DNA from: an uncultured Thermoleophilia bacterium
Lineage (GTDB): Bacteria; Actinomycetota; Thermoleophilia; UBA2241
Direction of reading: 5' to 3'
NCBI GenBank assembly: GCA_963715985.1
Contig: CAVQSP010000011.1
Span: 256,001 to 320,000, forward strand
Length of the DNA stretch: 64,000 nt
Shown piece after piece: positions 8,527 through 18,199 of the stretch (position 1 is its first letter; each line of letters opens with the position of its first letter). The notes beneath the pieces were generated by a model. The model was given only the letters and a program-made list of their open reading frames with translations. It did no database searches and was not told the DNA's origin. The position numbers were made by a program, and so were the translations under genes.

Positions 8527-9800
8527 TCAGCCGAAGATCGCGCGCAGGTAGTACACCCAGAACGCCGGCACCTCGCGCAGCGCCAGGGCCGGCGTCTGCG
8601 CGATGGGCGTGGACGCGCCCGCCGGCACGGTGAGCACGTCCCACCCGGCACGCTGGTACGCGAGCTTGATGCGCGGCAGGTGGTAGAACTGGCTGACGGC
8701 AAGGATGCGCTGCCAGCCCTTGCCGCCGAAGAAGGGTACGGTGTCGGCCACCGTGGCGGCGGTGTTGACGCCGTTGGAGTCCACCACGATCTCGTCGGCC
8801 GGCACCCCGGCCTTCTTCGCCATGTCGCGCATCACCAGCGCCTCGTTGTAGCCGCTCTCTCCCACACCGCCGGAGACGATGATGTGCTTCACCAGCCCCG
8901 ACTTGTAGAGTTCCTCCGCCGTGGCCATACGATCGCGCAGCGACGTGGACGGGCGCCCGTCCTCATGCACCTGGGCGCCGAACACCACGGCCACGTCGGC
9001 CGGCCGCCGGTAGTCCGTCATGCCGAAGAAGAAGACCTGGGCGAGCGGGAAGAGGAAGACGCACGCCGCAGCCGACGCCACGACGAGGACCACGGCAGGC
9101 CAACGGCTCGGCGGTGGGTCGCGCAGCGCCGCCCAGATGAGGAAGCCCAGCAAGACCGTCACCACCAGTGACAGCGGCAGGGGCACCCCCGGGGCGATGT
9201 CGCCGGCCGACCAGACGCGGTAGAAGTCGAAGGCGTTGTATGCCGTCACCGCGGCGAAGAAGGCGAAGAAGGCGACAGTGAGCCAGCGACGCCAGGCGCG
9301 CATGCGCGGCGCCACCCCGTAGGCGACGAACGCCACTCCGGCGGCGGCCAGAAGCGCGGCCGAGGCCAGACGCGGGACGTACGGCACCGCGACCCACCAG
9401 ATGTTGGCGTCGAAGCCCGTGTCACGCAGGACGCCTACGGTGCTGACCAGTGTGAAGCCGCCGAGGAACAGGGCGATGCCCCGCGCCAGCGCCGCGACCA
9501 GCCAGTTGCGGCGGCGCGGGCCTTGCTCCGCCGGCGGGCTGGGCTGCACCTGCGTCCAGCCGGCTCCCAACGGCCGTGCCGCCGCATCCGCGGGGACCGC
9601 CGCGTCGGGGGCCGCGACAGGAAGCGCCGCAGGAGGTGACTGCGGCGGCGAGGCGGCGGCGAAGCTGCCTGCGGCGTCTGCGCGGGAGCATTCAGCGGCG
9701 GCGTGTACGGCACAGGCTTGTGCTGCCCCGGCCCCCCGGGCGTCCCGGGCGCGCCTCCCGGCGGGACGCTGCGGTCTGCGTCGGTGGGACCCTGGCTCAT
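8527..9800 (-). CDS. YdcF/DUF218 family membrane protein with Pro-rich N-terminus; one frameshift near 9650
   Basis: VVFGA..LRDR, IIVSGG, NEALVM, GVNT, VSQFYHLPR, LREVPA. ATG 9800 lies 7 nt after TGATACAGT (leaderless) but in a different frame from the domain. Confidence 0.8.
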
Positions 9801-9979
9801 GCGGGAGACTGTATCACGGGCCCGATGTGCACTGATCTGAGCGCCTTGCGGGCCAGTCCGCGCAGGCGCCGATCCAGTCGTCCGGGCCCGCGGCGACTGC
9901 GCCGCGGCAAAGCCCGGACGCGCGGGTGGCGGACGCCCCTCCGTCGTATCATTCCCGACGCATGCCGGACGGAGGGGCG

Positions 9980-10819
9980 ATGACAGAAGCGGGCGTCGCG
10001 ATCCCAGCAGACCAGGGCCGCCGCATCAGCGTACGGGCGGTGGTGGCCGCGGCGCTGGGCACGTACCGCCGCCGCTTCTGGCGCGTGGCGCTCGCCGCCG
10101 CCGTGATCGTGCTGCCCCTCGACTTCATCGTCAGTCTCCTCGAGGAACTGGCGAGGCTGCCGCAAGGCGGCTCCGCCTTCGCCTGGGGGACGCATGTCGG
10201 GGCGGCGGCGGCCAACACGGCGGTGGTGACGCTCGGCACCACGTTCTTCGCCGGCTTTCTCGATCGCGTGGTGGCCGCGGACCAGCACGGCGGCGAGGAC
10301 GTGCCTCTGGTCCAGGTGCTGCGCGAGCTCCCCTTCGGGCGCCTGATCATCGCCGACCTGGCGGCAGTGGCGATCATCATCGCCGGGATGCTGGCCCTGC
10401 TGATCCCCGGCTTGATCGCCGCCGTGCTGCTCGGCATCGTCGGCCCGCTCATCGTGATCGAGGACCTGCGTGTGCGGCCCGCCCTGCGCCGCTCCGCCCA
10501 GCTGGTGCGGCCGCACTTCTTCATGGCTTTCCTGCTCGTGCTGGTGCCGACGCTGCTCGAGGAGTCGCTGCTCGGCTGGATGGAGGGCGTGGGCGCGCAC
10601 GCGCACCTGTACCTGCGCCTGCCGGCCGATCTCGCACTCACCGTGGTGGTGGCCTCATTCGTCGGGATGCTGGAGATCACGCTGGCGCACGGGCTCATCG
10701 CCGACCAGAAGTACCGGCGCGCGCAGAAAGCGGCGCGCGCAGAAAGGGCCGCGTCCGCAGGCGACGGCCAAGGAGAAGGAGTCCCGGCGGCGCCGGGAGG
10801 GGGCGGCGCCGCCGGGTGA
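9980..10819 (+). CDS. Hypothetical multi-pass membrane protein
   Basis: GGAGG RBS before ATG 9980; about six hydrophobic segments; ALRRSAQLVR pattern seen in YciC/GDPD-membrane-domain-like proteins. Confidence 0.75.
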   Translation: MTEAGVAIPADQGRRISVRAVVAAALGTYRRRFWRVALAAAVIVLPLDFIVSLLEELARLPQGGSAFAWGTHVGAAAANTAVVTLGTTFFAGFLDRVVAADQHGGEDVPLVQVLRELPFGRLIIADLAAVAIIIAGMLALLIPGLIAAVLLGIVGPLIVIEDLRVRPALRRSAQLVRPHFFMAFLLVLVPTLLEESLLGWMEGVGAHAHLYLRLPADLALTVVVASFVGMLEITLAHGLIADQKYRRAQKAARAERAASAGDGQGEGVPAAPGGGGAAG

Positions 10820-10868
10820 GGCGCCGGCCGGCGGGCGCAAGCGCGCCCGCGTCCGCGGCGCCGTCAGC

Positions 10869-11807
10869 TCAGGACCACGACATCGTCTGCAGGTAGCGCT
10901 CCGCAGCCGCGGCGGCGGTGGAGCCCTCGGCCACGGCCGTCGCGATCATCCTCACCTTGCCGGGGTAGGCGGCATAGTCGCCCACCGCGAACAGGCCCGG
11001 CGTCGACGTTCTCATCGCCGAGTCCACGTCCAGATGGGACCCGTCGAGGCCGAGGTCCCACTTCCTCACGCCGAGAAGATCGGGCACCTGGCCGATGCTG
11101 ATCAGCACGAGGTCGGCGGGGAGCTCGATGGACGAGCCGTCCGGCCTGTCTATCACCACCCGCTCCACCCTGTCGTCGCCACGCAGGCCGACGACCTCAC
11201 CGTTGCTGACGAGGTCGATACCGGCCTCAGCGAACCGGTCCTGCGTGTGCGCGAAGGCGCGGAACTGATCGCGCCGCCGCACCACGGTCACGTGGGCGAC
11301 TTCGCGCAGCGATAGCGCCGTGTCCAGCGCCGAGTCGCCGCCGCCAACCACCACGGCGCGCTTGGCGCGCACCTCGTCCAGCGGCGGCAACCGATAGGCC
11401 AGGCCGCGGCCGAGGTACTTGTCCTCGTCGGGAATGCCGAGGCGACGCGGCATGAAGCGGCCGAGGCCGAGGGCGAGCACGAGCGTTCGTGCCTCGTCCT
11501 CGCGGAAGTCGGTGCGCAGCACGAAGCCGCCCTCGCGCGGACCGGCGTACTCCACCGGCCGCCACTCGCGCAGCTCGGCGCCGAAGCGCTCCGCCTGGTC
11601 CGCGAGACGCATGGCCAGCTCGCGTGACGGCAGCGGCTCCTGCGCGGGGAAATTACTCACAGGCTTGGTGGGGTACATGTTGACCAGCTGCCCGCCGAAG
11701 GCCTCAGCCTCGAGCACGATCGTGCTGAGGCCGCGCAGGCCGGCGTACATGGCCGCCGAGAGCCCTGCGGGCCCTCCGCCGATCACTGCCACGTCGTAGG
11801 TGCTCAT
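10869..11807 (-). CDS. TrxB-type ferredoxin/flavodoxin-NADP+ reductase (YumC-like)
   Basis: GGGPAG, GGQLVNMYP.K, GGGDSALD, RRRDQFRA, GLFAVGD; lacks the CxxC of true thioredoxin reductase. Confidence 0.85.
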   Translation of the reverse strand: MSTYDVAVIGGGPAGLSAAMYAGLRGLSTIVLEAEAFGGQLVNMYPTKPVSNFPAQEPLPSRELAMRLADQAERFGAELREWRPVEYAGPREGGFVLRTDFREDEARTLVLALGLGRFMPRRLGIPDEDKYLGRGLAYRLPPLDEVRAKRAVVVGGGDSALDTALSLREVAHVTVVRRRDQFRAFAHTQDRFAEAGIDLVSNGEVVGLRGDDRVERVVIDRPDGSSIELPADLVLISIGQVPDLLGVRKWDLGLDGSHLDVDSAMRTSTPGLFAVGDYAAYPGKVRMIATAVAEGSTAAAAAERYLQTMSWS

Positions 11808-12008
11808 CTCGTCTCTCCTCGCGCCGGGGAACACGCTCCGAGCGCCTCTTCTTCGCAAAGTGATTATGCACACACTCGAAACCTCCCACGCCCGGCGCCG
11901 GGTCGAGATGTCTACAGCTACGATGGGCCTCGTCCGATAGGTGGTATCAAGGCGTCCGCGACGCACGCGTCGCCACGGCACCCAGGGGACCACATCGCAG
12001 GAGGGAAG

Positions 12009-13691
12009 ATGAGCACACAGGTGGGCGCCGCCGCGCCGCACAAGCCCGCGTCGTCCGGCGCCGCACTCCCTCTCAAGCTCATCCTGATCGCCCTCTGCAT
12101 GGCGCAGTTCGTCAACGCCTACGACACCACGGCGATGAACGTCGCCGTCAGCTCGGTGGTCAAGTCGCTCGACACGACCGTCTCGGGCGTGCAGTCGGCG
12201 CTGGTCCTCTACTCGCTGATCATGGCCTCGTTCATGCTGATCGGCGGCAAGCTCGGCGACGTGTGGGGCCGCCGCGCGACCTTCCTCATCGGCATCTCGA
12301 TGTACGGCATCGGCGCCCTCATCACCGCCTTCAGCGCCGGGCTGCCGATGATGATCGTCGGCTGGTCGCTGCTCGAGGGGCTCGGCTCCGCGCTGATGAT
12401 CCCGGCCATCTTCGCGATCGTCGGCTCCATCTTCCCCGCCGGCAAGGTCCGCGTGTCGGCCTTCGCCGCGGTCGGCGCCGTGGCCGCCATGGGCGCGGCG
12501 CTCGGCCCGCTCGTGTGCGGCTTCCTCACCACCTACTTCACGTGGCGCCTCTCGTTCGGCATGGAGGTGTGCATCGTCGTCGTCACCATCCTTCTCGCCC
12601 TGCGCATCAAGGTGCCCAAGCAGCCGCGCCCGGCCGCGCGCCTCGACTACCTCGGCGCGGCGCTCTCAGCCCTGGGCCTCGCCGTGATCGTGCTCGGCGT
12701 GCTCCAGGCCAGCAGGTACGGCTGGACCGTGGCGCGCGTCCCGTTCGTGGCCTGGGGCAGGACGCTGTCCCCGGAGGGCGGCATCTCCCCCGTCATCCCC
12801 TTCGTCATCGTCGGCGCGCTCATCCTCGTGGGCTTTGGCCTGTGGGAGCGCCACATGCTCCGCGCCGATAAGGACGCCCTGCTGAACGTGGGGATGCTCA
12901 AGAAGCGCGCCGTGCTGTTCGGGCTGCTCGGCATCATCGCCTTCATGTTCATGCAGGCCGGCTTCCTCTTCGTCGGGCCCGTGTTCATGCAGATGGCGCT
13001 GGGCTACACCGCCTTCCACAGCGGCCTGCTGATCCTGCCGATGACCATCACGATCATCCTCGTGGCGACTCGCGTGAGCCGCCTGGCGCAGATCGTCGCC
13101 CCCAAGCTGCTCGTGCAGATCGGCATGCTGACGTTCGTGATCGGCATCCTGCTGGTCGCCATGGAACTCAAGGCCGACGTGGACCAGTGGGCCTTCCTGC
13201 CCGGCATGATCGTCTCCGGCATCGGCATCGGCCTCATCAACGCACCGCTCATGAACATCACCCAGGGCGCCGTGCCGCAGGAGGAGCAGAGCGAGATCTC
13301 CGGCCTCTCCCGCGCGATGAGCAACCTGGGCGGCGCCTTCGGCACGGCCGTAGCCGGCGCGGTGCTGATGAGCACGCTCATCTTCACCTTCTCCTCCGCG
13401 GTGGAGCAGTATTCCGGTATCCCGGCCGGCGAGAAGGCCACCGTGGTGCACGCCCTGCGCAGCGACGCGCAGACGGTGAGCGACTCGCAGATGAGCGCGT
13501 ACCTAAAGAGCAAGAGCGAGCCGGCGCCGCTGGCGACCAGGTTCGTGGAGTTCAACCGCGAAGCGCGCAACAAGGGCCTGCAGAACGCGCTCATCGCGGT
13601 CGGCGTCATCGGCCTGTTCGGCTTCTTCGTCAGCTTCTTCCTGCCCGGCGGGAAGAAGAAGCCGCACCCCGACACGCCGACGGTCGGCTGA
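12009..13691 (+). CDS. MFS transporter, DHA2 (14-TM) family
   Basis: D.TAMNVA, GGKLGDVWGRR, GPLVCG, RLDYLG. Confidence 0.9.
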   Translation: MSTQVGAAAPHKPASSGAALPLKLILIALCMAQFVNAYDTTAMNVAVSSVVKSLDTTVSGVQSALVLYSLIMASFMLIGGKLGDVWGRRATFLIGISMYGIGALITAFSAGLPMMIVGWSLLEGLGSALMIPAIFAIVGSIFPAGKVRVSAFAAVGAVAAMGAALGPLVCGFLTTYFTWRLSFGMEVCIVVVTILLALRIKVPKQPRPAARLDYLGAALSALGLAVIVLGVLQASRYGWTVARVPFVAWGRTLSPEGGISPVIPFVIVGALILVGFGLWERHMLRADKDALLNVGMLKKRAVLFGLLGIIAFMFMQAGFLFVGPVFMQMALGYTAFHSGLLILPMTITIILVATRVSRLAQIVAPKLLVQIGMLTFVIGILLVAMELKADVDQWAFLPGMIVSGIGIGLINAPLMNITQGAVPQEEQSEISGLSRAMSNLGGAFGTAVAGAVLMSTLIFTFSSAVEQYSGIPAGEKATVVHALRSDAQTVSDSQMSAYLKSKSEPAPLATRFVEFNREARNKGLQNALIAVGVIGLFGFFVSFFLPGGKKKPHPDTPTVG

Positions 13692-13767
13692 GCGGCGAGC
13701 CGGCACCGGGCGTGTCGTGGGCGGCGGTCGTATCGTCGGCTGCGGCCGGCTCGCCGTGCTGACCCAC

Positions 13768-14568
13768 TCAGGCCCGGTAACGCTCGGCGAGCTTGCCGGA
13801 CGTGCCGCCGAACAGCGTGGACTTTTGGATGTCGCGCAGGGCCTCGAAGAGCGTGGTGATCTCGAGGCCGGGCACGCAGATGACCTCTTTGAGCTGCAGG
13901 CCCAAGACGATCGCCTGTGCCACGTCGGCGGCGCTCATCATCGTCGCCGGCGTGGGCTGCACGCCGCGCCGCTTCTCGAAGAACTCGGTCTCGACCATGC
14001 CGGGCAAGACGGCCATGGCGTGGACGCCCGTGCCCTCGAGCTCGACGGCGAGCGCCTGCGTGAAGGTGAGCAGGAAGGACTTGGTGGCCGCGTACGTGGC
14101 CTTGCCGGACATCCGCGAGTGCAGCGGGCCGCTGAGCGCCAGCAGCGAGGCGACGTTGACGATGGCGCCGCGGCCGCGCGTGATCATGCCGGGCAGCGCC
14201 GCGTGCGTGAGCCGCATCGGGGCGCGGACGTGCACGTTGATGAGGTCGTCGGCGAACTGCGGTTTGAGCTCGGCGAAGGGGCCGTAGGCGCCGAATCCTG
14301 CGTTGTTGACCAGCAGGTCGACACGCGGATCGCCGGCGATCCGCGTCTCGAGGTCCAGGAGACGCTCGGCGTCGGTGAGGTCGATGCACATGACCTCCAC
14401 GGAGACGCCGGTCTCCGCCTCCAGGCGCTTGGCCAGCGCCTCCAGGCGCTCTTTGCGCCGTGCGACGATGACGAGGTCGCGACCGTCCCTGGCGAGGCGC
14501 TCGGCCAGCGCCGCACCGATCCCCGACGAGGCTCCCGTCACGACGGCCACTCTGCGTTCGCCGTCCAT
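13768..14568 (-). CDS. Short-chain dehydrogenase/reductase
   Basis: TGASSGIG, NNAG, YAATK. Confidence 0.92.
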   Translation of the reverse strand: MDGERRVAVVTGASSGIGAALAERLARDGRDLVIVARRKERLEALAKRLEAETGVSVEVMCIDLTDAERLLDLETRIAGDPRVDLLVNNAGFGAYGPFAELKPQFADDLINVHVRAPMRLTHAALPGMITRGRGAIVNVASLLALSGPLHSRMSGKATYAATKSFLLTFTQALAVELEGTGVHAMAVLPGMVETEFFEKRRGVQPTPATMMSAADVAQAIVLGLQLKEVICVPGLEITTLFEALRDIQKSTLFGGTSGKLAERYRA

Positions 14569-14773
14569 CTCACCCCTTTCGTGCGCACCGCCTGCGCGGC
14601 ACGCAATAGACTGATGCAACGCACTGTACCCCGGCAGGGCGGGCCAGAGACAGCTTCGCCGTGGCGGGCCTGCACGTATTGTGCTTCTTGACGCACGGTA
14701 TATATGATGTTCGTCATAGTTCTTCCGCGCCGGTCGGCGCGATGGCCGTATGCCATTTGATGAGGAGGTCGAG

Positions 14774-15706
14774 ATGTCAGCACGCACGTTGAAGCTCGTA
14801 GCCGTCACCACCTTCGTCCTGCTTGTGATGGGCGTGTCGGCAGCCTCGGCGCTCGCCTGGAACACGTCGGTCACCAAGCCGGTGCTCTCGGGCACACCGA
14901 AGATGAACGAAGCGTTCACGGTCGCGGGCGTCACGACCCCCACCGCCAAGAAGGGCGTGAAGACGGTCGTCAAGATCAAGGTGCTCATGAAGATGGACGA
15001 CGACATGTACATGCCCATGGACGACGTCCCTGCGGTCAAGGCCAAGGTGACCAAGCGCAGCGGAGGCGGCTACAAGTACTCGGCGTCCATCACCATCCCG
15101 ATGAAGGGCGACCACGCGGTGCTGGCCATCCGCTACGCGAACGGCAAGGTCGTCGGCAAGTCCAAGACCACGTACTTCACCGTCGAGGGGGAGATGGAGC
15201 AGATCTCCGTCGATTCAGACTCCCACGCCGACGTGGCGGTGCCCGCCAACACGGCGCTCGACATCGTCTTTCACTCGCCCAGCGGGCGAATGTGCGGCAA
15301 GACCGTGCACTTCACCTCCGGCCCCTTCACCAAGACCTCCTCGGACCCCCTGACGTACCACACTGACGGTCTGGTCGAGGGCACCTACTCGTGGCAGTGC
15401 AACATGGGTCCGACGTGCTGCAGCGGCAAGCTGGTCGTCGGCACACCGCAGCCGTCCGTCCTGCAACTCTCCGTCGATTCCGACGCCCACGCCGACACGA
15501 CGGTCGCGGCGCACACGCCCTTTGACGTCGTCTTCCACTCTCCGAGCGGCAAGATGTGCGGGGCCAAGGTCTACTTCGTGAGCGGGGAGTTCACGAAGAC
15601 GTCCGCCACGCCGCTGACGTATCACACCGAGGGTCTCATGCCGGGTACCTACTCCTGGCGCTGCCCGATGACGGACTGCTGTTACGGAAACCTGATCGTC
15701 CAGTAG
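14774..15706 (+). CDS. Secreted protein: beta-rich domain plus two tandem cupredoxin-like repeats
   Basis: Signal peptide ending ALA; two ~80-aa repeats ending GTYSWxCxM..CCxGxLxV; GAGGAGG RBS. Confidence 0.75.
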   Translation: MSARTLKLVAVTTFVLLVMGVSAASALAWNTSVTKPVLSGTPKMNEAFTVAGVTTPTAKKGVKTVVKIKVLMKMDDDMYMPMDDVPAVKAKVTKRSGGGYKYSASITIPMKGDHAVLAIRYANGKVVGKSKTTYFTVEGEMEQISVDSDSHADVAVPANTALDIVFHSPSGRMCGKTVHFTSGPFTKTSSDPLTYHTDGLVEGTYSWQCNMGPTCCSGKLVVGTPQPSVLQLSVDSDAHADTTVAAHTPFDVVFHSPSGKMCGAKVYFVSGEFTKTSATPLTYHTEGLMPGTYSWRCPMTDCCYGNLIVQ

Positions 15707-15722
15707 CGGGCGGGAGGACGGC

Positions 15723-16136
15723 ATGAACAAGCGCTTCACGAGCATCCTCGCGCTCGTCCTCGGCGTGGCGCTGCTGGCGGGCCTCGGCGCTGCCGCCGAG
15801 GCCCGCGCCGCCTACATCACCAGCACGCCCGTTCTGTCTGCGACCCCACACAAGGACCAGCCGTTCCGCGTCTCGGGCTTCATCACGCCGAAGTCCACAG
15901 CCTCGTCGCGGGCCAAGGTCAAGATCATCCTCTGGATGGAGTACGGCGACGACTACGGCGTCATGGACACGTACTGGGCCAAGCTCGGCAAACGGCCCGG
16001 GGGCAAGGCGGGCAACGCCTACTCGCTGACGATCACCATCCCGATGAAGGGCGCCCACGGCGTGCAGGCGGTGCAGTACCGCAACGGCAAGAAGGTCTCG
16101 TCGTCGCGGACCACCTACTTCGCCGTCCAGCCGTAG
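15723..16136 (+). CDS. Secreted protein paralogous to the N-terminal domain of 14774-15706
   Basis: Shared PVLS.TP, V.G..TP, YS..ITIPMKG.H.V.A..Y.NGK.V..S.TTYF. Confidence 0.8.
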   Translation: MNKRFTSILALVLGVALLAGLGAAAEARAAYITSTPVLSATPHKDQPFRVSGFITPKSTASSRAKVKIILWMEYGDDYGVMDTYWAKLGKRPGGKAGNAYSLTITIPMKGAHGVQAVQYRNGKKVSSSRTTYFAVQP

Positions 16137-16166
16137 GCCGCGGGCATCACCCGATAACAGAGACGC

Positions 16167-16706
16167 ATGGCCAGGCCACGATCACGCCGTTCGGAAGCGC
16201 TGCTGTTCCTGGCGCTGGTGATCGTGGCCGCGGCCGTCATCGTCGGGGTCTCGCTGGCGCTTCGCTCCTCCGGCGACACCTCGTCGGCGCAGACCGCCGG
16301 AGCGACGGCCGCACCCGATGCGGAGACCTCTTCCGTCACCCCGATGGCGGTGGCGAGCGCGAACGCGAAACCGCAGATCTGCGCGAGCTGCTGGGGCGAC
16401 GGGGGGCCGGACCCCACGGTCCGCGGCGACGCGGAGGTGGTGGACGGCGTCCAGGTGGTCCGGATCGGGGTCGAGGGCGGCTACTACGTGCCCAACGAGT
16501 TCACCGTCCAGGCGGGCGTACCCGTGACCGTCGAGTTCAGCGGGAGCGCCGAGGGCTGCCTCGCCGAGCCGGAGTTCCCGGACCTCGGCGTCAAGGCCGA
16601 CTTCTCCGGCGGCAGCGCGACCATGGAGCTGGGCGTGCTCGACCCGGGGACCTACGTGTTCACGTGCAGCATGGGCGTGAACGAAGGCCACATCACCGTG
16701 GAATGA
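16167..16706 (+). CDS. Membrane-anchored cupredoxin-domain protein (CupA-like)
   Basis: N-terminal TM; CASC; YVPNEFTVQAGVPV, GC, GTYVFTCSMG. Confidence 0.85.
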   Translation: MARPRSRRSEALLFLALVIVAAAVIVGVSLALRSSGDTSSAQTAGATAAPDAETSSVTPMAVASANAKPQICASCWGDGGPDPTVRGDAEVVDGVQVVRIGVEGGYYVPNEFTVQAGVPVTVEFSGSAEGCLAEPEFPDLGVKADFSGGSATMELGVLDPGTYVFTCSMGVNEGHITVE

Positions 16707-16779
16707 CCCTGACCCGCGTTGACGGTGTCGCCGCCATCGGCGAACCAAGGATGCCCCCAGGACCCCCGAGGAGAACGCC

Positions 16780-17280
16780 GTGAAAGTGCTCGCCATGCTG
16801 CTGGTCATCGCCGGCCTCGTCATCGCCATTGCGCCGCAGTTCACCAACTGCGAGGCGCAGGGCGGCACCATGCCCATGGCCAGCACCATCGTGGCGAGCA
16901 CGGCGCCCGCGACCGTGTTCGCGAGCGTGCAGACGACGGCGGCAGACACGATCGTGCCCAAGATGAAGTGCCTCTGGAGCGCCCGAGGCGCGCTGGCCGT
17001 GGGCATCTCGCTCGTCGTGGCCGGCGGCCTGCTCTACTTCGCGCGGCGCAAGGAGACGAGGCGCGCGCTCGGCATCGTCAGTGCGCTGCTCGGACTGTTC
17101 ACGGTGCTGCTGCCCACGACGCTGATCGGCACGTGCGGGTCGAGTGCCGCCGTGTGCAACACCACCATGAAGCCGATCATGCTGGCCGCCGGCGGCTTGG
17201 CGCTCGTCGTAAGCGTCATCCTCCTGGTGGTCAATGAGCTCGGGCGGGACGAGACCGCGATCGCGGAAGCCGGAGCCTGA
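16780..17280 (+). CDS. DUF4418-like membrane protein
   Basis: MKCLWSARG, LIGTC....VC..TMKP; four TM segments. Confidence 0.75.
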   Translation: MKVLAMLLVIAGLVIAIAPQFTNCEAQGGTMPMASTIVASTAPATVFASVQTTAADTIVPKMKCLWSARGALAVGISLVVAGGLLYFARRKETRRALGIVSALLGLFTVLLPTTLIGTCGSSAAVCNTTMKPIMLAAGGLALVVSVILLVVNELGRDETAIAEAGA

Positions 17281-17313
17281 CAAAGCGACCCGGCAGGCGC
17301 CCGAGGCGGAGCC

Positions 17314-18171
17314 TCAGCGGGCGCCCGCGGCTGAGCCCGACCCCCGGCCGGCCCGCGTCAGCTCACAGCGGCGTACGCGGAGCACAGGCGGGCAGCTCGC
17401 AGTCCAGCGGCCGTCACGCAGCACGATGGTCCTGTCGAAGTAGGGCTGGATCTCCGGGTTGTGCGTCACCATCACGATCGTGTTGCCCTCCTCGTGCAGG
17501 CGTGCGAAGAGGTCCATGATCTCGACGGTCGTCTCGGTGTCCAAGGCGCCAGTGGGCTCGTCGGCGAGGATCAGCGGCGGCTCGTTGACGAGCGCGCGGG
17601 CGATGGCCACGCGCTCCTGCTCGCCTCCGGACAGCTTGCCGGGCAGGTGCCCTCCGCGGTCGCCCAGCCCCACTCGCTCCAGGACCTCGAGGGCGCGGGC
17701 GCGCTTCTCCGAGGACGGCATGCGCTTCACCGCCAAGGGTAGGGTGACGTTCTCGAGAGCCGTGAGGTACGGGATGAGGTTGAAGGCCTGAAAGACAAAG
17801 CCGAGATACTCGCGGCGGAAGTCGGCGAGACGCTCGCCGGGCAGTGCATACAGGTCGATGCCGTCCACGCTGATGCTGCCGGCCGACGGATGTGTGAGGC
17901 CGCCGAGCATGGCGAGGAACGTGCTCTTGCCCGAGCCTGACTGGCCCATCACGCCCAGAAAGGTGCCCTCGGCGACGGTGAGTTCCAGGCCGCGCACGGC
18001 CTGGACGGGGGCGCCGTCGCCGCTGAACGTCTTCTCCAGGCCGCGCACCTCGATGAAGCGCGCGGCGCGCTCATCCTGCGCGGCTTGAGTCTGGGCGGCG
18101 GCGTCAGCGCCGGCTTCGCCGGCGTGTCCCGCCGCCTCCGTTGCCTCGTACTCGATCACCGTGCTCGTCAT
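17314..18171 (-). CDS. LolD/MacB-type ABC ATPase
   Basis: GQSGSGKST, GFVFQAFNL, LSGGEQERVAIARAL, ADEPTGALD; C-terminal tail possibly frameshifted near 17408. Confidence 0.92.
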   Translation of the reverse strand: MTSTVIEYEATEAAGHAGEAGADAAAQTQAAQDERAARFIEVRGLEKTFSGDGAPVQAVRGLELTVAEGTFLGVMGQSGSGKSTFLAMLGGLTHPSAGSISVDGIDLYALPGERLADFRREYLGFVFQAFNLIPYLTALENVTLPLAVKRMPSSEKRARALEVLERVGLGDRGGHLPGKLSGGEQERVAIARALVNEPPLILADEPTGALDTETTVEIMDLFARLHEEGNTIVMVTHNPEIQPYFDRTIVLRDGRWTASCPPVLRVRRCELTRAGRGSGSAAGAR

Positions 18172-18199
18172 TCTTCCTCGCAGTCGCTCGCGGCACGCA

